Source: Myxococcota bacterium
GTDB lineage: Bacteria; Myxococcota_A; UBA9160; UBA4427
NCBI GenBank assembly: GCA_036336835.1
Contig: JAYZFK010000099.1
Location: 1-48,811 of the forward strand
Length of the DNA: 48,811 nt
Direction of reading: 5' to 3'
This document shows, piece after piece, positions 1 to 9,435 of this stretch. The notes beneath the pieces were generated by a model. It did no database searches. It was given only the letters and a program-made list of their open reading frames with translations, and was not told the DNA's origin. The position numbers were made by a program, and so were the translations under genes. The first letter of the stretch is position 1. The number at the start of each line of letters is the position of its first letter.

Positions 1-1548
1 GCTCGAACCGCCGTCGCTCTGGTCGCCGCTCTGGGTGCGATGAGCGCCGGCGCGGCGACCCGACGACCGAACGTGGTGGTTCTGCTCGCCGATGATCTCG
101 GCTGGGCCGATGTCGGCTACCACGGCGGCGTGATCGAGACGCCGTCGATCGATCAGCTCGCAGCGGATGGTGTTCGACTGACGCGCTTCTACTCGGCGCC
201 GATCTGCTCGCCGACGCGCGCCGCGCTGATGACCGGCCGCGACCCCTTGAAGCTCGGCCTCGCCTACGATCAGATCCACCCCTGGTACAACGCCGGCCTG
301 TCGCCGGACGAGTACACGATCGCGGATGCCTTTCGCGCGGCCGGCTATCAGACCGCGCTGGTTGGCAAGTGGCACCTCGGGCACACGCTGGCCCACCAGG
401 TGCCGGGAGCACAGGGCTTCGATCACTTCTGGGGCCACCTGCAGACCAACACGGATTTCTATACACACGAGCGCGAACGTGCGCACGATCTGCAGCTCAA
501 CGGCAAATCGGTGTTCGCGCCGGGTGAGTACCTCACGCATCTCGAGGCGGCGGAGGCGGTCCGCTTCATTCGCGAGCGCGACCGCGCTCGTCCGTTCTTC
601 CTATACGTTCCGTTCACAGCGCCGCACAGCCCGATGCAGGCGCCGCAGGCGACGATCGAGAAGTACGCAGCGCTTCCGCAGAAGAACTCGCGCCGCGTCT
701 ACGCCGCGATGGTCGACGAGGTGGACCAGGCGGTCGGCGCGATCCTTGGCGCACTCGACGACGAAGGGCTCGCCGAGGACACGATCGTCCTGTTCTTCAG
801 TGACAACGGAGGCTCCAACGTCTTCGGCGGAGTCAACACGCCACTCCGGGGTCAGAAAGGCGAGACCTGGGAGGGCGGCATCCGCGTCCCGGCCGTGCTT
901 CGCTGGCCTGCTCAGCTCGCTGCCGGAGGCACCATGGATCAGATGACGACGGCGATGGACGTAGCGCCGACACTCGCCCGGGCGGCGGGGGTAGCGTTCG
1001 AGCCGCCGCGTTCGATCGACGGGCAGGACATGTGGCCCGCGCTGTCCGACGGCCAACCGGTCCCGCGCGGGTCGCCCGTCGCGTTCGCGTCGGAAATCCC
1101 GCTCCCGGGGGTGATCCATCTCGCGATCTTCGACGGGCCCTGGAAGCTGGTCCAGATCATCCAGGAAGGACAGACCGAGATCCGACTCGCGAGCTTCTTG
1201 TTCGAGATTCAGGCCGACCCGAACGAGCGCCGTGACGTCGCGGCCGACCACCCCGACCAGGTCGAACGCCTGTCGGGGCTGCTCCGCGAGTGGCGTCGCC
1301 AGCACCCGATGGCGGGGACGCGCGGCACGCTGGTGGCGCATCCGGGCTGGGTCGCGCCGAAGGACTGGGCGGAGGCGATCGTCCCGGCGCGCCTGCTCCA
1401 GCCGCGCTGGAAGAACGAGCTGCCGTTCTCGCAGGAGCTGCTCGACGCCACGGCGCACCGCGGCGTGCTCGTCGATCCGGAGCAGCGCAAGGCCCTGCTC
1501 GAGGCCGAGCGAGAGCGCAACCAGCAGCTGGAGGCGGACGAGCGCTAG
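1..1548 (+). CDS. Arylsulfatase (Cys-type, formylglycine-dependent), 5'-partial or starting at ATG 40
   Basis: PNVVVLLADDLG, CSPTRAALMTGR (CxPxR), GKWHLG and SDNGG motifs. The frame is open back to base 1 with a hydrophobic signal-like segment (ARTAVALVAALGA), so the true start is probably upstream of the window. Confidence 0.93.
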   Translation, partial: ARTAVALVAALGAMSAGAATRRPNVVVLLADDLGWADVGYHGGVIETPSIDQLAADGVRLTRFYSAPICSPTRAALMTGRDPLKLGLAYDQIHPWYNAGLSPDEYTIADAFRAAGYQTALVGKWHLGHTLAHQVPGAQGFDHFWGHLQTNTDFYTHERERAHDLQLNGKSVFAPGEYLTHLEAAEAVRFIRERDRARPFFLYVPFTAPHSPMQAPQATIEKYAALPQKNSRRVYAAMVDEVDQAVGAILGALDDEGLAEDTIVLFFSDNGGSNVFGGVNTPLRGQKGETWEGGIRVPAVLRWPAQLAAGGTMDQMTTAMDVAPTLARAAGVAFEPPRSIDGQDMWPALSDGQPVPRGSPVAFASEIPLPGVIHLAIFDGPWKLVQIIQEGQTEIRLASFLFEIQADPNERRDVAADHPDQVERLSGLLREWRRQHPMAGTRGTLVAHPGWVAPKDWAEAIVPARLLQPRWKNELPFSQELLDATAHRGVLVDPEQRKALLEAERERNQQLEADER

Positions 1549-3005
1549 CGCTTCGCGGCGTGCCGGCCCGCGCGGCGACCGAAGAAGGTCGATTCGCCGA
1601 TGCAGGTCCCGCTCGAATAGCCGGTGCCGTCCTGTGCGATGTTCGAGGCGCAGCCGCCAATCGCGTAGAGGCCGGCGATCGCCGCGCCCCGCCCGTCCAG
1701 CACCTCGCCCTCGGTCGAGACGGCGAGCCCACCGAGCGTGAAGCACATGTAGGGCGAGCTGCCGAGCGACCCGTCGAGCGCCGCGAAGGGCGGCGCGTCC
1801 AGCGGCTTCAACCACTTCTTGCCCTTGTGGAACTCCGGGTCCTCGCCCTTCTCCGCGTGCTCGTTGTAGACCCGAACGGTCTCCTGGAGCGATCGCTCGG
1901 GCAGGCCGAGCCCCCGCTCCAGCTCCGCGATCGTCTGCCAGGCATCGACGACCGGATAGCCCCCGAACAACGGTGGCTCGCCGCTGTAGATCTCGTCGTC
2001 CACGATCAGCCAGCCGACGGCGTCGGTCTGCCTGGTCGTGTAGATGCTGGAGCGCGAGTGGTAGGAGTCCTCGGCGACGTAGCGCTTGCCCTGTTTGTTG
2101 ACCAGGATCCCCTTGATGTGGCTCTCGGCGGGATAGAAGGGACTCGTGACGAGTGCGCCGTCCATGTGCTGGAGCACGCCGCCCGCGCCCTCGCCGAGCT
2201 GGTGTCCGGCGCCGTCGTCGTGGGGCGCGAACTGGCGCGTGTAACGATCGTCCAGCAGCGCGGGGAGGTGCTCGGCGAGCATCTCCTCGTTCGCCGTGAA
2301 CTGGCCCGTCGCCAGAATGACGCCGTCGCGCGCTCGCACGTGCCCTCGCTCCTCGCCGAACACGCGGTAGGCGACACCCGCGATCCGATCGCCGTCGCGC
2401 ACCAGATCGTGAACCCACGCGTCACAGACGATGCGCACCCCGAGCTCCTCGGCGCGCGCGAGCAGGCACTCCATCATCCTGGCGCCACCGAGCTCACCCA
2501 CCTGCGCAACCTTGTGGCCGCGCGGAGCGGGCCGCGCCTTCTCGCGGAAGGGCCAGGCCTCCTCGTTGCCGGACCAGATCAGGCACTCGTCGGTCATCTG
2601 CAACACGTGCTTGCCCTGGTACATCGTGTCCTTGAACGGCACGCCCTGCTCGACCAGCCAGTCGAAGTGGCTCACGCTCTGCTCGCAGTACAGGCGAATC
2701 TTTGCCTCGTCGGGCTCCACGGTGTTCATCACCAGATAGGCGAACATGTCCTCCGCCGAGTCTTCGATGCCCACCGCCTGCTGGACGCGCGTGCCCCCGC
2801 CCATGTAGAGGTGGCCGGCGGCCATCGCGGTGACGCCTCCGCCGCCGCTCGCGCGCTCGAGCACCAGGACGTCCGCCCCGGCCTGCTTTGCCTCGATTGC
2901 GGCGCACACGCCTGCACAACCGAGGCCGACGATCACGATATCCGCCTCGTCGACCCAGCCCGAGACCTCTTCCGCCTCGATCACACCGTAGTCCGTGCTG
3001 CTCAT
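1545..3005 (-). CDS. FAD-dependent oxidoreductase, 3-ketosteroid Δ4-(5α)-dehydrogenase-like
   Basis: N-terminal GxGxxG (VGLGCAG), PAPRGH, EDSY and GYSSGT motifs match the Rhodococcus Δ4-(5α)-KSTD family as I recall it. ATG 3005 follows a GAGGAG RBS. Confidence 0.85.
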   Translation of the reverse strand: MSSTDYGVIEAEEVSGWVDEADIVIVGLGCAGVCAAIEAKQAGADVLVLERASGGGGVTAMAAGHLYMGGGTRVQQAVGIEDSAEDMFAYLVMNTVEPDEAKIRLYCEQSVSHFDWLVEQGVPFKDTMYQGKHVLQMTDECLIWSGNEEAWPFREKARPAPRGHKVAQVGELGGARMMECLLARAEELGVRIVCDAWVHDLVRDGDRIAGVAYRVFGEERGHVRARDGVILATGQFTANEEMLAEHLPALLDDRYTRQFAPHDDGAGHQLGEGAGGVLQHMDGALVTSPFYPAESHIKGILVNKQGKRYVAEDSYHSRSSIYTTRQTDAVGWLIVDDEIYSGEPPLFGGYPVVDAWQTIAELERGLGLPERSLQETVRVYNEHAEKGEDPEFHKGKKWLKPLDAPPFAALDGSLGSSPYMCFTLGGLAVSTEGEVLDGRGAAIAGLYAIGGCASNIAQDGTGYSSGTCIGESTFFGRRAGRHAAKR

Positions 3006-3050
3006 GGAGCTCCTCGCCTGACGCACCCGACCGGGAGCGAACGGCCGATT

Positions 3051-5456
3051 CTAGCGGCGCGGGCGCTCGTCTGCGCCGCTGGAATCGGGCACCACGAGCG
3101 CCAGCAGCGCGGGGACCACCAGCACATCGGCCGCCAGCGCCGAAGTGACCGCGAAGGCCAGCACCTGTCCAAAGGCCACCAGGTTGCTCATCGAAGACAG
3201 CGTAAAGATCAGGAATCCGGAGCAGAGCACGAGGGAGGTGATCGTGATCGCGCGGCCCACGGTGGCCAGGGTGTCGTGGACGGCGCGCCCGACGTCTCCG
3301 TCGCGCGCGTGGTAGCGCGCAAAGCTGTGCATGACGTGAATCGTGTCGTCCACCACGAGACCCAGCGCGATCCCTCCCGTCATCATCGTGAACGCATCGA
3401 ACGGCACGGCGAACCAGCCCATCCACCCCAGCGTCAGCAGGAGGGGAACCAGATTCGGCACCATCGCGTAGAGGCCGAGGCGAAAGCCCCCGAGCAGCAA
3501 CATCATCAGCGGCACGATGATCAGCAGCGCGATGCCGTAGGACTCGAAGACTCCGAAGATCACGGCTCGAACGGTGCGCGTGACAAGGGGAAGGTTGCCG
3601 GCCAGCGTGACATCCTGGGCGTCGGTCAGCACCGCCGCCGCCCGCTCGTCGATCGCGTCGAGGAAGGGCACATAGCGGACGCCGTCGTACCAGGGCAGGC
3701 GGACGCTGATGCGACCGAGCGAGTAGCTCGTATCCACCAGCTCTTCGAGGTCGTCGGTGCCACTGCTCTCGAACAGCAGCAGCTCCTGCGCGATCAAGGC
3801 CTCGCCATCGGGCACCACGTAGTGCGAGTCACGCCCCTCGTTGAGGGCGCGGTGGATCTCCTTGACGACGTCGGCGAGCGAGACCGTCTGTCCGGCACTC
3901 AGGCCGCTGTGCGCCTCGGTCTCCAGCAGCTCGCCCAGGCGCGCCATGTCGGCGAGCAGCGCGGGTGAGCGCAGCGATCCCTCGCCCTTGCCCGCCACCT
4001 GCACCTCGACCGTCATCGCGCCGCCCATCTCGCGATCCACCAGATCGATGGCACGGCGCGTGGGGTGGCCGGGCGGGAGCCAGCCCGGTGGATCGTGCGA
4101 GAACTCGATCCGCGGCAGACCCGCTGCGGCGACCAGACACAGAGCCGCCACGGTGGCCATCACACTGCGGGGGTGCCGCGTGGCAAACGCTCCAGTCGAG
4201 GTCAGCAGCCGCTCGAGCCGCGCCCCGTGCGTGGATCCGGCCGCAACCTGGCCGACGGGGACGATCGCGAGCAGCGCTGGCAACAGGGTCAAGCTGTAGA
4301 AGAGGGCGAGCAGCACACCGATCGGTCCGTAGAAGCCGAGCGCCGCGACCGGTGCGATGTCGGCCCAGGCGAACGACACCAGCCCGCCGGCCGTGGTCAG
4401 GCTGGTCAGCACCACGGGCAGCGCCGAGTGCCCGAGTGCACCCGCCAGAGCCTGCTCCCGGTCCGCGCCCTGCTCCAGCTCGCGGAAGAAGATCGCCAGG
4501 ATGTGCACCGCATCCGCCACACCGATCGCGAGCAGCATCGAAGGCAGGATCTGGGTCGGCAGGTGGATCGGGGTGCCCAGGTGGCCCATCAGCCCGAGCG
4601 TCGAGAGCACCGAGACGCCGACGACCGCGATCGGGAGCAGCACGCCGACAGGGCTGCGAAACACCGCGAACAGCAGCAGGGCGATCGTCAGCATCGACGC
4701 CCCGACGAAGCGCTGCATGTCGCGCTGCAGCGCCCGACTGATGTGGTAGAGCATTACCGACAGACCGGCGGCGTGCGGCTCGAACCCGGGCGCGCGCTGC
4801 TCGTCGAGCAGACGTTGGAGCGCCGCCGCAAAGGCGTCGATTTCGGCCGTCGTGAGGAAGCTCACCGGCCCCGCTTCCGACTCGCCAAAGCCGGCGAGCA
4901 CGTCCGCCTCGCTCTCACCGATCGCCGAGTAGGTGTCCAGGTCGATTCGAACGCTCGTGAAGCGAGCGTCGGCAGAGATCACGTTGTGCAGGAAGAGCGG
5001 ATTGGCCAGCGCGCGGTCGCGCGCGGATCGACGCCCGTCCTCGTCGAGCGGCCAGCCCTCGAGCAGGTCGCTCACCAGCAGGGTATCGCCCTCACCACGG
5101 GTGTCGCGCGCGTTGACCAGGCTGGTGACGTCCTCGACGTGCGGAAGCTCGAGCGCCGCAGCGTGGAAGGCGTGCAGGCGATCGAGGAACGGACGGGCGA
5201 AGATATCCTCGCCTTCGATCAGGACCACGACCGCGTCCTCGCGGCCGAAGCGATCGCGAAACGCGTCGTACTCGAGGCGGACCGGGTCGTCGGGGTGGAG
5301 GAAGCTCTCGAAGCTGATGTCGGACTTCAGTGATCGCAGGCCAAATGCCAGGCCGACGACCGCCGAGACCGAAACGAGGAGCAAGAGCCAGGGGCGCCGA
5401 ACGACCCAGTGGCCGTAGGCTTCGAAACGATCCTCGATCCGCGCTCGTAGGCTCAA
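3051..5456 (-). CDS. MMPL/RND-family lipid transporter
   Basis: Two repeats of TM + large soluble loop + 5 TM, with GVADAVH and GLVVDDTIH motifs. Start placed at TTG 5456; the upstream part of the computed ORF is antisense to the histone-like gene. Confidence 0.9.
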   Translation of the reverse strand: MSLRARIEDRFEAYGHWVVRRPWLLLLVSVSAVVGLAFGLRSLKSDISFESFLHPDDPVRLEYDAFRDRFGREDAVVVLIEGEDIFARPFLDRLHAFHAAALELPHVEDVTSLVNARDTRGEGDTLLVSDLLEGWPLDEDGRRSARDRALANPLFLHNVISADARFTSVRIDLDTYSAIGESEADVLAGFGESEAGPVSFLTTAEIDAFAAALQRLLDEQRAPGFEPHAAGLSVMLYHISRALQRDMQRFVGASMLTIALLLFAVFRSPVGVLLPIAVVGVSVLSTLGLMGHLGTPIHLPTQILPSMLLAIGVADAVHILAIFFRELEQGADREQALAGALGHSALPVVLTSLTTAGGLVSFAWADIAPVAALGFYGPIGVLLALFYSLTLLPALLAIVPVGQVAAGSTHGARLERLLTSTGAFATRHPRSVMATVAALCLVAAAGLPRIEFSHDPPGWLPPGHPTRRAIDLVDREMGGAMTVEVQVAGKGEGSLRSPALLADMARLGELLETEAHSGLSAGQTVSLADVVKEIHRALNEGRDSHYVVPDGEALIAQELLLFESSGTDDLEELVDTSYSLGRISVRLPWYDGVRYVPFLDAIDERAAAVLTDAQDVTLAGNLPLVTRTVRAVIFGVFESYGIALLIIVPLMMLLLGGFRLGLYAMVPNLVPLLLTLGWMGWFAVPFDAFTMMTGGIALGLVVDDTIHVMHSFARYHARDGDVGRAVHDTLATVGRAITITSLVLCSGFLIFTLSSMSNLVAFGQVLAFAVTSALAADVLVVPALLALVVPDSSGADERPRR

Positions 5457-5519
5457 CCGGTCGCCAGGGTAGCGCCGATCCCAGTAGCGCCGCGGACCGC
5501 GGCCCTCTAGCCTCCCGCG

Positions 5520-5984
5520 ATGGCTGCGCAGAAGACCACTGCCAGAAAGGCCGGCAAGAAGGCCAGCAAGAAGGCGACCAAGAAGGTCGCCAAGAAGGCC
5601 GGCAAGAAGGTCGCCAAGAAAGCGGCCAAGAAGGCCGGCAAGAAGGCGGCGCGGGCGACCGCGAACAAGGGCGGCGAGAAGACCAGCCAGCGGGCGTCCC
5701 CGTCGGCCGAGGCCGCCGCAAAGCCGGCCCCGACGAAGCCGGCCGGCGCGAAGAAGGCAGCCGCGACCATCTCGTCGCTCAACGTGAACATGGGCCATGT
5801 GTTCGCGCTGCGACCGCGGCCGAACACCTCCTTCCGGCCGGGCGACTTCACGACCGCAAAGCACCAGCTGCAGGACGAGGCCTACTCGACCCTGGCAGAA
5901 GCCGCACGCGAGGTCGCCGAGCGCGCGCTGGAGCTGACGCACGATTCGGGCTCACGGGTCGGGACACGCTACGACCGCTACTGA
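5520..5984 (+). CDS. Histone H1-like Lys/Ala-rich protein with an uncharacterised C-terminal domain
   Basis: About nine xxKK tetrapeptide repeats, a Pro/Ala/Lys linker and a ~70-aa globular-looking tail. TAGCCT lies 6 nt before the ATG. Confidence 0.8.
   Translation: MAAQKTTARKAGKKASKKATKKVAKKAGKKVAKKAAKKAGKKAARATANKGGEKTSQRASPSAEAAAKPAPTKPAGAKKAAATISSLNVNMGHVFALRPRPNTSFRPGDFTTAKHQLQDEAYSTLAEAAREVAERALELTHDSGSRVGTRYDRY
5545..5650 (+). repeat. Degenerate 12-bp coding tandem repeat (AAGAAGGCCGGC-like)
   Basis: Repeated aagaagg(c/t)nnnn units encode KKAG/KKAS/KKAT/KKVA/KKAA. Confidence 0.85.
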
Positions 5985-6004
5985 GGGCCCCGCTCGGAGT
6001 CACA

Positions 6005-6022
6005 CCGAGGTGAGGGCCTCGG
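6005..6022. terminator. Possible hairpin between convergent genes
   Basis: CCGAGG-tgaggg-CCTCGG between the stops at 5984 (+) and 6038 (-). There is no U-tract. Confidence 0.3.
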
Positions 6023-6037
6023 AGCCGAGAGTCGCTG

Positions 6038-6865
6038 TTACGAGTCGATCTGTTTGATCTGTTTGATCTGCTCGATCAGCTTGTGCGGATGCCGGCCGTC
6101 GACATAGCCGACGAAGGTCCCCTCGACCAGCTCGTAGCCGACCAGGTCCTGGATGCGCCGCGAATAGCGCGCGGCGAGCTCGGGCGGAACGCCCAGCATC
6201 ATGTTCTCCAGCTGTCGCAGCCAGGGCTGGCAGTACTGGATCGTCATGCCCAGTCGCATCTGATCGGATTGGTTCGCACCGCCGCGGTGGTACAGCGTGC
6301 CGGGAAAGATCGCGACCGAGCCGGGCTCCATCTCGAGACAGACCGCCATCGCATCCATCTCCTCGGGATCGGGAGCCGGCGTTTCCCAGCGGTGACTGCC
6401 GGGAATCACCTCCGTCGCGCCGTTCTCCGCGGTGAAGCGATCGAGGGCCCAGATGGTCGAGACGCCCTGTGCCGGACGCGGCGGCGGCGGCGCCCCGAGC
6501 GCATCGTCCTGGTGCCAGCCCTGCCGTGTCTCTCCGGGATGCAGGTTCACAACCAGTGCGGCCGACAGCAGATAGCTCGGTGCAAGCAATCCATCGGCAA
6601 CCGAGCACACCGCTTCGTGCTCGATCAGCTCGGCCACGGCGGGAGCCTTGTCCAGCAGGCGGTACACGCGCTCGGAGCGGAAGCCTTCGAAGTCGTTGCG
6701 TCCCATCCGCTCGCCGCGCAGATGAGGCGCGAGCTCGCGGCGAAGCCTCGCGATCGTCGACGGGCCGATCGCAGCGGGCACGATCACGTAGCCCTGATCC
6801 CGGAGAGGCTGCTCCCAGCTTTGACTCGGGTGGCTCAACGCTGGCTCCGCTCCGGCGCGTCTCAT
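6038..6865 (-). CDS. Phytanoyl-CoA dioxygenase (PhyH) family Fe(II)/2OG oxygenase
   Basis: WHQDD (HxD), ENGATEVIPGSH and LYHRGGAN...R motifs. Overlaps the upstream gene by ATGA. Confidence 0.92.
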   Translation of the reverse strand: MRRAGAEPALSHPSQSWEQPLRDQGYVIVPAAIGPSTIARLRRELAPHLRGERMGRNDFEGFRSERVYRLLDKAPAVAELIEHEAVCSVADGLLAPSYLLSAALVVNLHPGETRQGWHQDDALGAPPPPRPAQGVSTIWALDRFTAENGATEVIPGSHRWETPAPDPEEMDAMAVCLEMEPGSVAIFPGTLYHRGGANQSDQMRLGMTIQYCQPWLRQLENMMLGVPPELAARYSRRIQDLVGYELVEGTFVGYVDGRHPHKLIEQIKQIKQIDS

Positions 6866-7866
6866 GAGATCTCGATCATCACCTTCCCGCCGGCGCTCGG
6901 ATCCTGCGCGACCGCCATCGCGGCCAGGAAATCGTCGAGACCGAAGCGGTGCGTGATCATCGGTCTCAGGTCCCGGCGACTCAGAAGCTCGACCATCTCC
7001 TCGTAGCGCTCGGGATACTCCATGGCGCCCTGCAGGGTGAGCTGCTTCATCAGTACCGTCAGGAAGTTGACCGGAATCGGCTCGCGGTGGAGCGCCACGA
7101 TCGAGATGCGCGATTCGGGCGGCGTGCGGTCGATCAGCTGCTTCAGGACGACGGCCGAGCCCGAGGCCTCGATGAACACGTTGGCGTCGGCGTAGTCGAC
7201 TCCGTAGAAGGCCGTCGTACCGTGGATGCGTGAGAGCTCCGCCCAGAGATCCTGCTCCGTCGGGTCGACCACGTGTCGCGCGCCGAGCTTCTGCGCGATC
7301 GCGAGCCGGGTCGGAGAGAGATCGACGGCCACGACGTCCTCGATCCCGCGGTCGGCCAGCACGGCAACGGCAGCGAGCCCGATCGGCCCGGCACCGAGCA
7401 CGACCACCCGATCGCCGCGCGACGCGTGGGAGCGGTCGACCGCGTTCATCCCGACGCCGAGCGGCTCGGACAGCGCCGCAATGTCGAAGCCCATGTCGTC
7501 TGGAATCGCGAACAGGCTGTGGCCCTGCGCCGCTTCGCGCACGAGCAGCCGGCGGGCGAAGCCCCCCTCGCTCCCGCCGTTGCCGATGGCGTAGCCCGCT
7601 GCGCCCGGATTCAGCACGACCCGCGTGCCGGGCGCAACACAGTCGACCTCTTCGCCGACCTCGACGACGGTGCCCGACAGCTCGTGCCCGAGCGGCATCG
7701 GCTCGCGCGACGGGCCGCCCAACCCGCCCAGGCGGACGTACCCGACATCGCTGCCGCAGATGCCGCAGGCGCCGACTTCGATCACCGCGTCGCGCGCCCC
7801 CGGACGCGGATCCTCGACGTCGTCGAGCCGAACGACACCGGGTGCGTGAATCTGTGCGCGAAGCAT
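6862..7866 (-). CDS. Zinc-binding dehydrogenase (MDR superfamily)
   Basis: CGICGSD, GHE and GAGPIG motifs. GAGGAG RBS. Confidence 0.92.
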   Translation of the reverse strand: MLRAQIHAPGVVRLDDVEDPRPGARDAVIEVGACGICGSDVGYVRLGGLGGPSREPMPLGHELSGTVVEVGEEVDCVAPGTRVVLNPGAAGYAIGNGGSEGGFARRLLVREAAQGHSLFAIPDDMGFDIAALSEPLGVGMNAVDRSHASRGDRVVVLGAGPIGLAAVAVLADRGIEDVVAVDLSPTRLAIAQKLGARHVVDPTEQDLWAELSRIHGTTAFYGVDYADANVFIEASGSAVVLKQLIDRTPPESRISIVALHREPIPVNFLTVLMKQLTLQGAMEYPERYEEMVELLSRRDLRPMITHRFGLDDFLAAMAVAQDPSAGGKVMIEIS

Positions 7867-7876
7867 CGGCTCCTCC

Positions 7877-9352
7877 TCAGGCGAGCGTCAAGAGCTCGTG
7901 TGTCTCGCGCGTCCGCAGCGCAATCGGAATTCCTTCCGGACATGCGTTCAGGCACGGCGCCGCGCAGCCGGCACAGACGTCGGCGCGCCGGTCGAGCCCG
8001 GCGTACAGGCGCATCGCCTCCTTCTCGGCGCCGAAGTCCTCGAAGTACATGCGGTGGCGCAACACATCGTCGATCGGCACCCCTTCCGGACAGCTCGCGA
8101 GGCAGGCGCCGCAGTGCGGCCGACAGTGCATCTGCGCGACCAGCTGCTCGTAGCGCTCGAGCACGGCGAGGTCACTCGCCTCCGGCCGCTTGCCCGATGC
8201 GAACAGGAACTCGTCGAGCTGCGCCGACTCCCACAACGAGATCACCAGGGCCGACACGCTCGGATTCGAGAGCACCCACTTGAAGGAGGCTTGCGTGAAG
8301 GAATCGCGCTCCTCGCGAGACCCCAGCAGCCCCTGGTGCTTCGCACCGCGGAGCGTCTTCATCGCCACGATACCGATGTCGGCCGCCGCGGCCCGGTCGA
8401 TGATCGCGGCCAGGTTCGGCCAGGCGCCGAAGTGATAGGCGAGCATCATCACGTCGAACCGGCCGCTGTCGATCGCGGCGTTCGCCACGGCTTCGAGGTT
8501 CGGCGTGTGTGTCGAGACACCGAGGAAGCGCGCCTTCCCCTGCTGCTTCAGTCGGTCGAACGCCTCGTGGACGTTCGGGTCCATCAGGCGCTCGACCGAG
8601 TTGCACGAGTGGACGTGGATCAGATCTACCCGGTCGGTGCGGAGCCGCTGCAGACTGCCTTCGACCGCCTCGATGTACGCCTGGACGGGACTTCCCGGCG
8701 GCACGTGACCCTGCGGTGTGCAGAACTTGGTCGCCAGGAACATCTGGTCCCGGACGCCCACCATCGCCTCGCCGAAGCGATTCTCGGATCCAGCTCCGCT
8801 GTAGTCGGGCGCAGTGTCGAAGTAGTTGATGCCTCGATCGATGGCCTCGCGCACCACCGCGGGACGCTGCCGCCCCCCCGTCGACGAGCCCGATCCGAGC
8901 GAGATGTCGGAGACTCGCGCCTCGGTCCGGCCCAGACGCCGGTATTCGACGACTCGCGAGCCGGACCACTCGCTGCGCGGCGAGTCGGCCTTGTAGGGCG
9001 GCCGCACCATGAAGATGTTCTGCCCAGTGACGGTGAGCCACGGGAGATTGCGCGCCACCGCGGCGCCGAGTGTCGTAGCGAGCCCGCCCCCGATGCCCAG
9101 CACTCCCAGCAGGAAGCGGCGGCGGCGACTCGCACGCGCGCCCGGCGCGGCTGGCGCTCGGGCGGGCAGGCGCGCGGCCCACCACGCCGTGAGCACGAGA
9201 CTGGCGATCACGCTGAACCCGAGACCCTGCAGACCGGTTCGCGGGAAGCCCGCGGGCTGGATGCCTTCGACGGCAATGCCCAGCGTGCTGCCGAGTATCC
9301 AATACGACAGCGCGACGGTCACGAGCCACGCGATCCAAACCAAACGTCCCAA
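7877..9352 (-). CDS. Aldo/keto reductase with a C-terminal Fe-S (ferredoxin-like) domain and an N-terminal membrane/twin-arginine region
   Basis: YRRLGRT, GINYFDTAPDY, LATK, SLQRLRTDRVDL and MKTL motifs. C-terminal CRPHCGACLASCP and CAGCAAPCLNACP. TTG start after GGAGG. Confidence 0.88.
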   Translation of the reverse strand: MGRLVWIAWLVTVALSYWILGSTLGIAVEGIQPAGFPRTGLQGLGFSVIASLVLTAWWAARLPARAPAAPGARASRRRRFLLGVLGIGGGLATTLGAAVARNLPWLTVTGQNIFMVRPPYKADSPRSEWSGSRVVEYRRLGRTEARVSDISLGSGSSTGGRQRPAVVREAIDRGINYFDTAPDYSGAGSENRFGEAMVGVRDQMFLATKFCTPQGHVPPGSPVQAYIEAVEGSLQRLRTDRVDLIHVHSCNSVERLMDPNVHEAFDRLKQQGKARFLGVSTHTPNLEAVANAAIDSGRFDVMMLAYHFGAWPNLAAIIDRAAAADIGIVAMKTLRGAKHQGLLGSREERDSFTQASFKWVLSNPSVSALVISLWESAQLDEFLFASGKRPEASDLAVLERYEQLVAQMHCRPHCGACLASCPEGVPIDDVLRHRMYFEDFGAEKEAMRLYAGLDRRADVCAGCAAPCLNACPEGIPIALRTRETHELLTLA

Positions 9353-9435
9353 GGTGACCCTCCGGGCGAAGCACCGAGGATACTCTGTTCACGGGGGCAA
9401 TGGGATCGTCGGGGCCCGACGGTTACACTCGGGCG

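Noticed and set aside
1290..3968. 892-aa plus-strand ORF and many similar long overlapping ORFs (e.g. 601-2418, 17870-19576, 19706-21679, 26863-28707, 34115-35611, 45951-47708)
   Set aside because: They are antisense or off-frame shadows of well-supported genes. They show no family motifs and are expected from stop-codon scarcity at high GC.
5457..5942. N-terminal extension of the MMPL ORF and the hydrophobic 5507-5851 minus-strand ORF
   Set aside because: Both are antisense read-outs of the Lys/Ala repeat gene.
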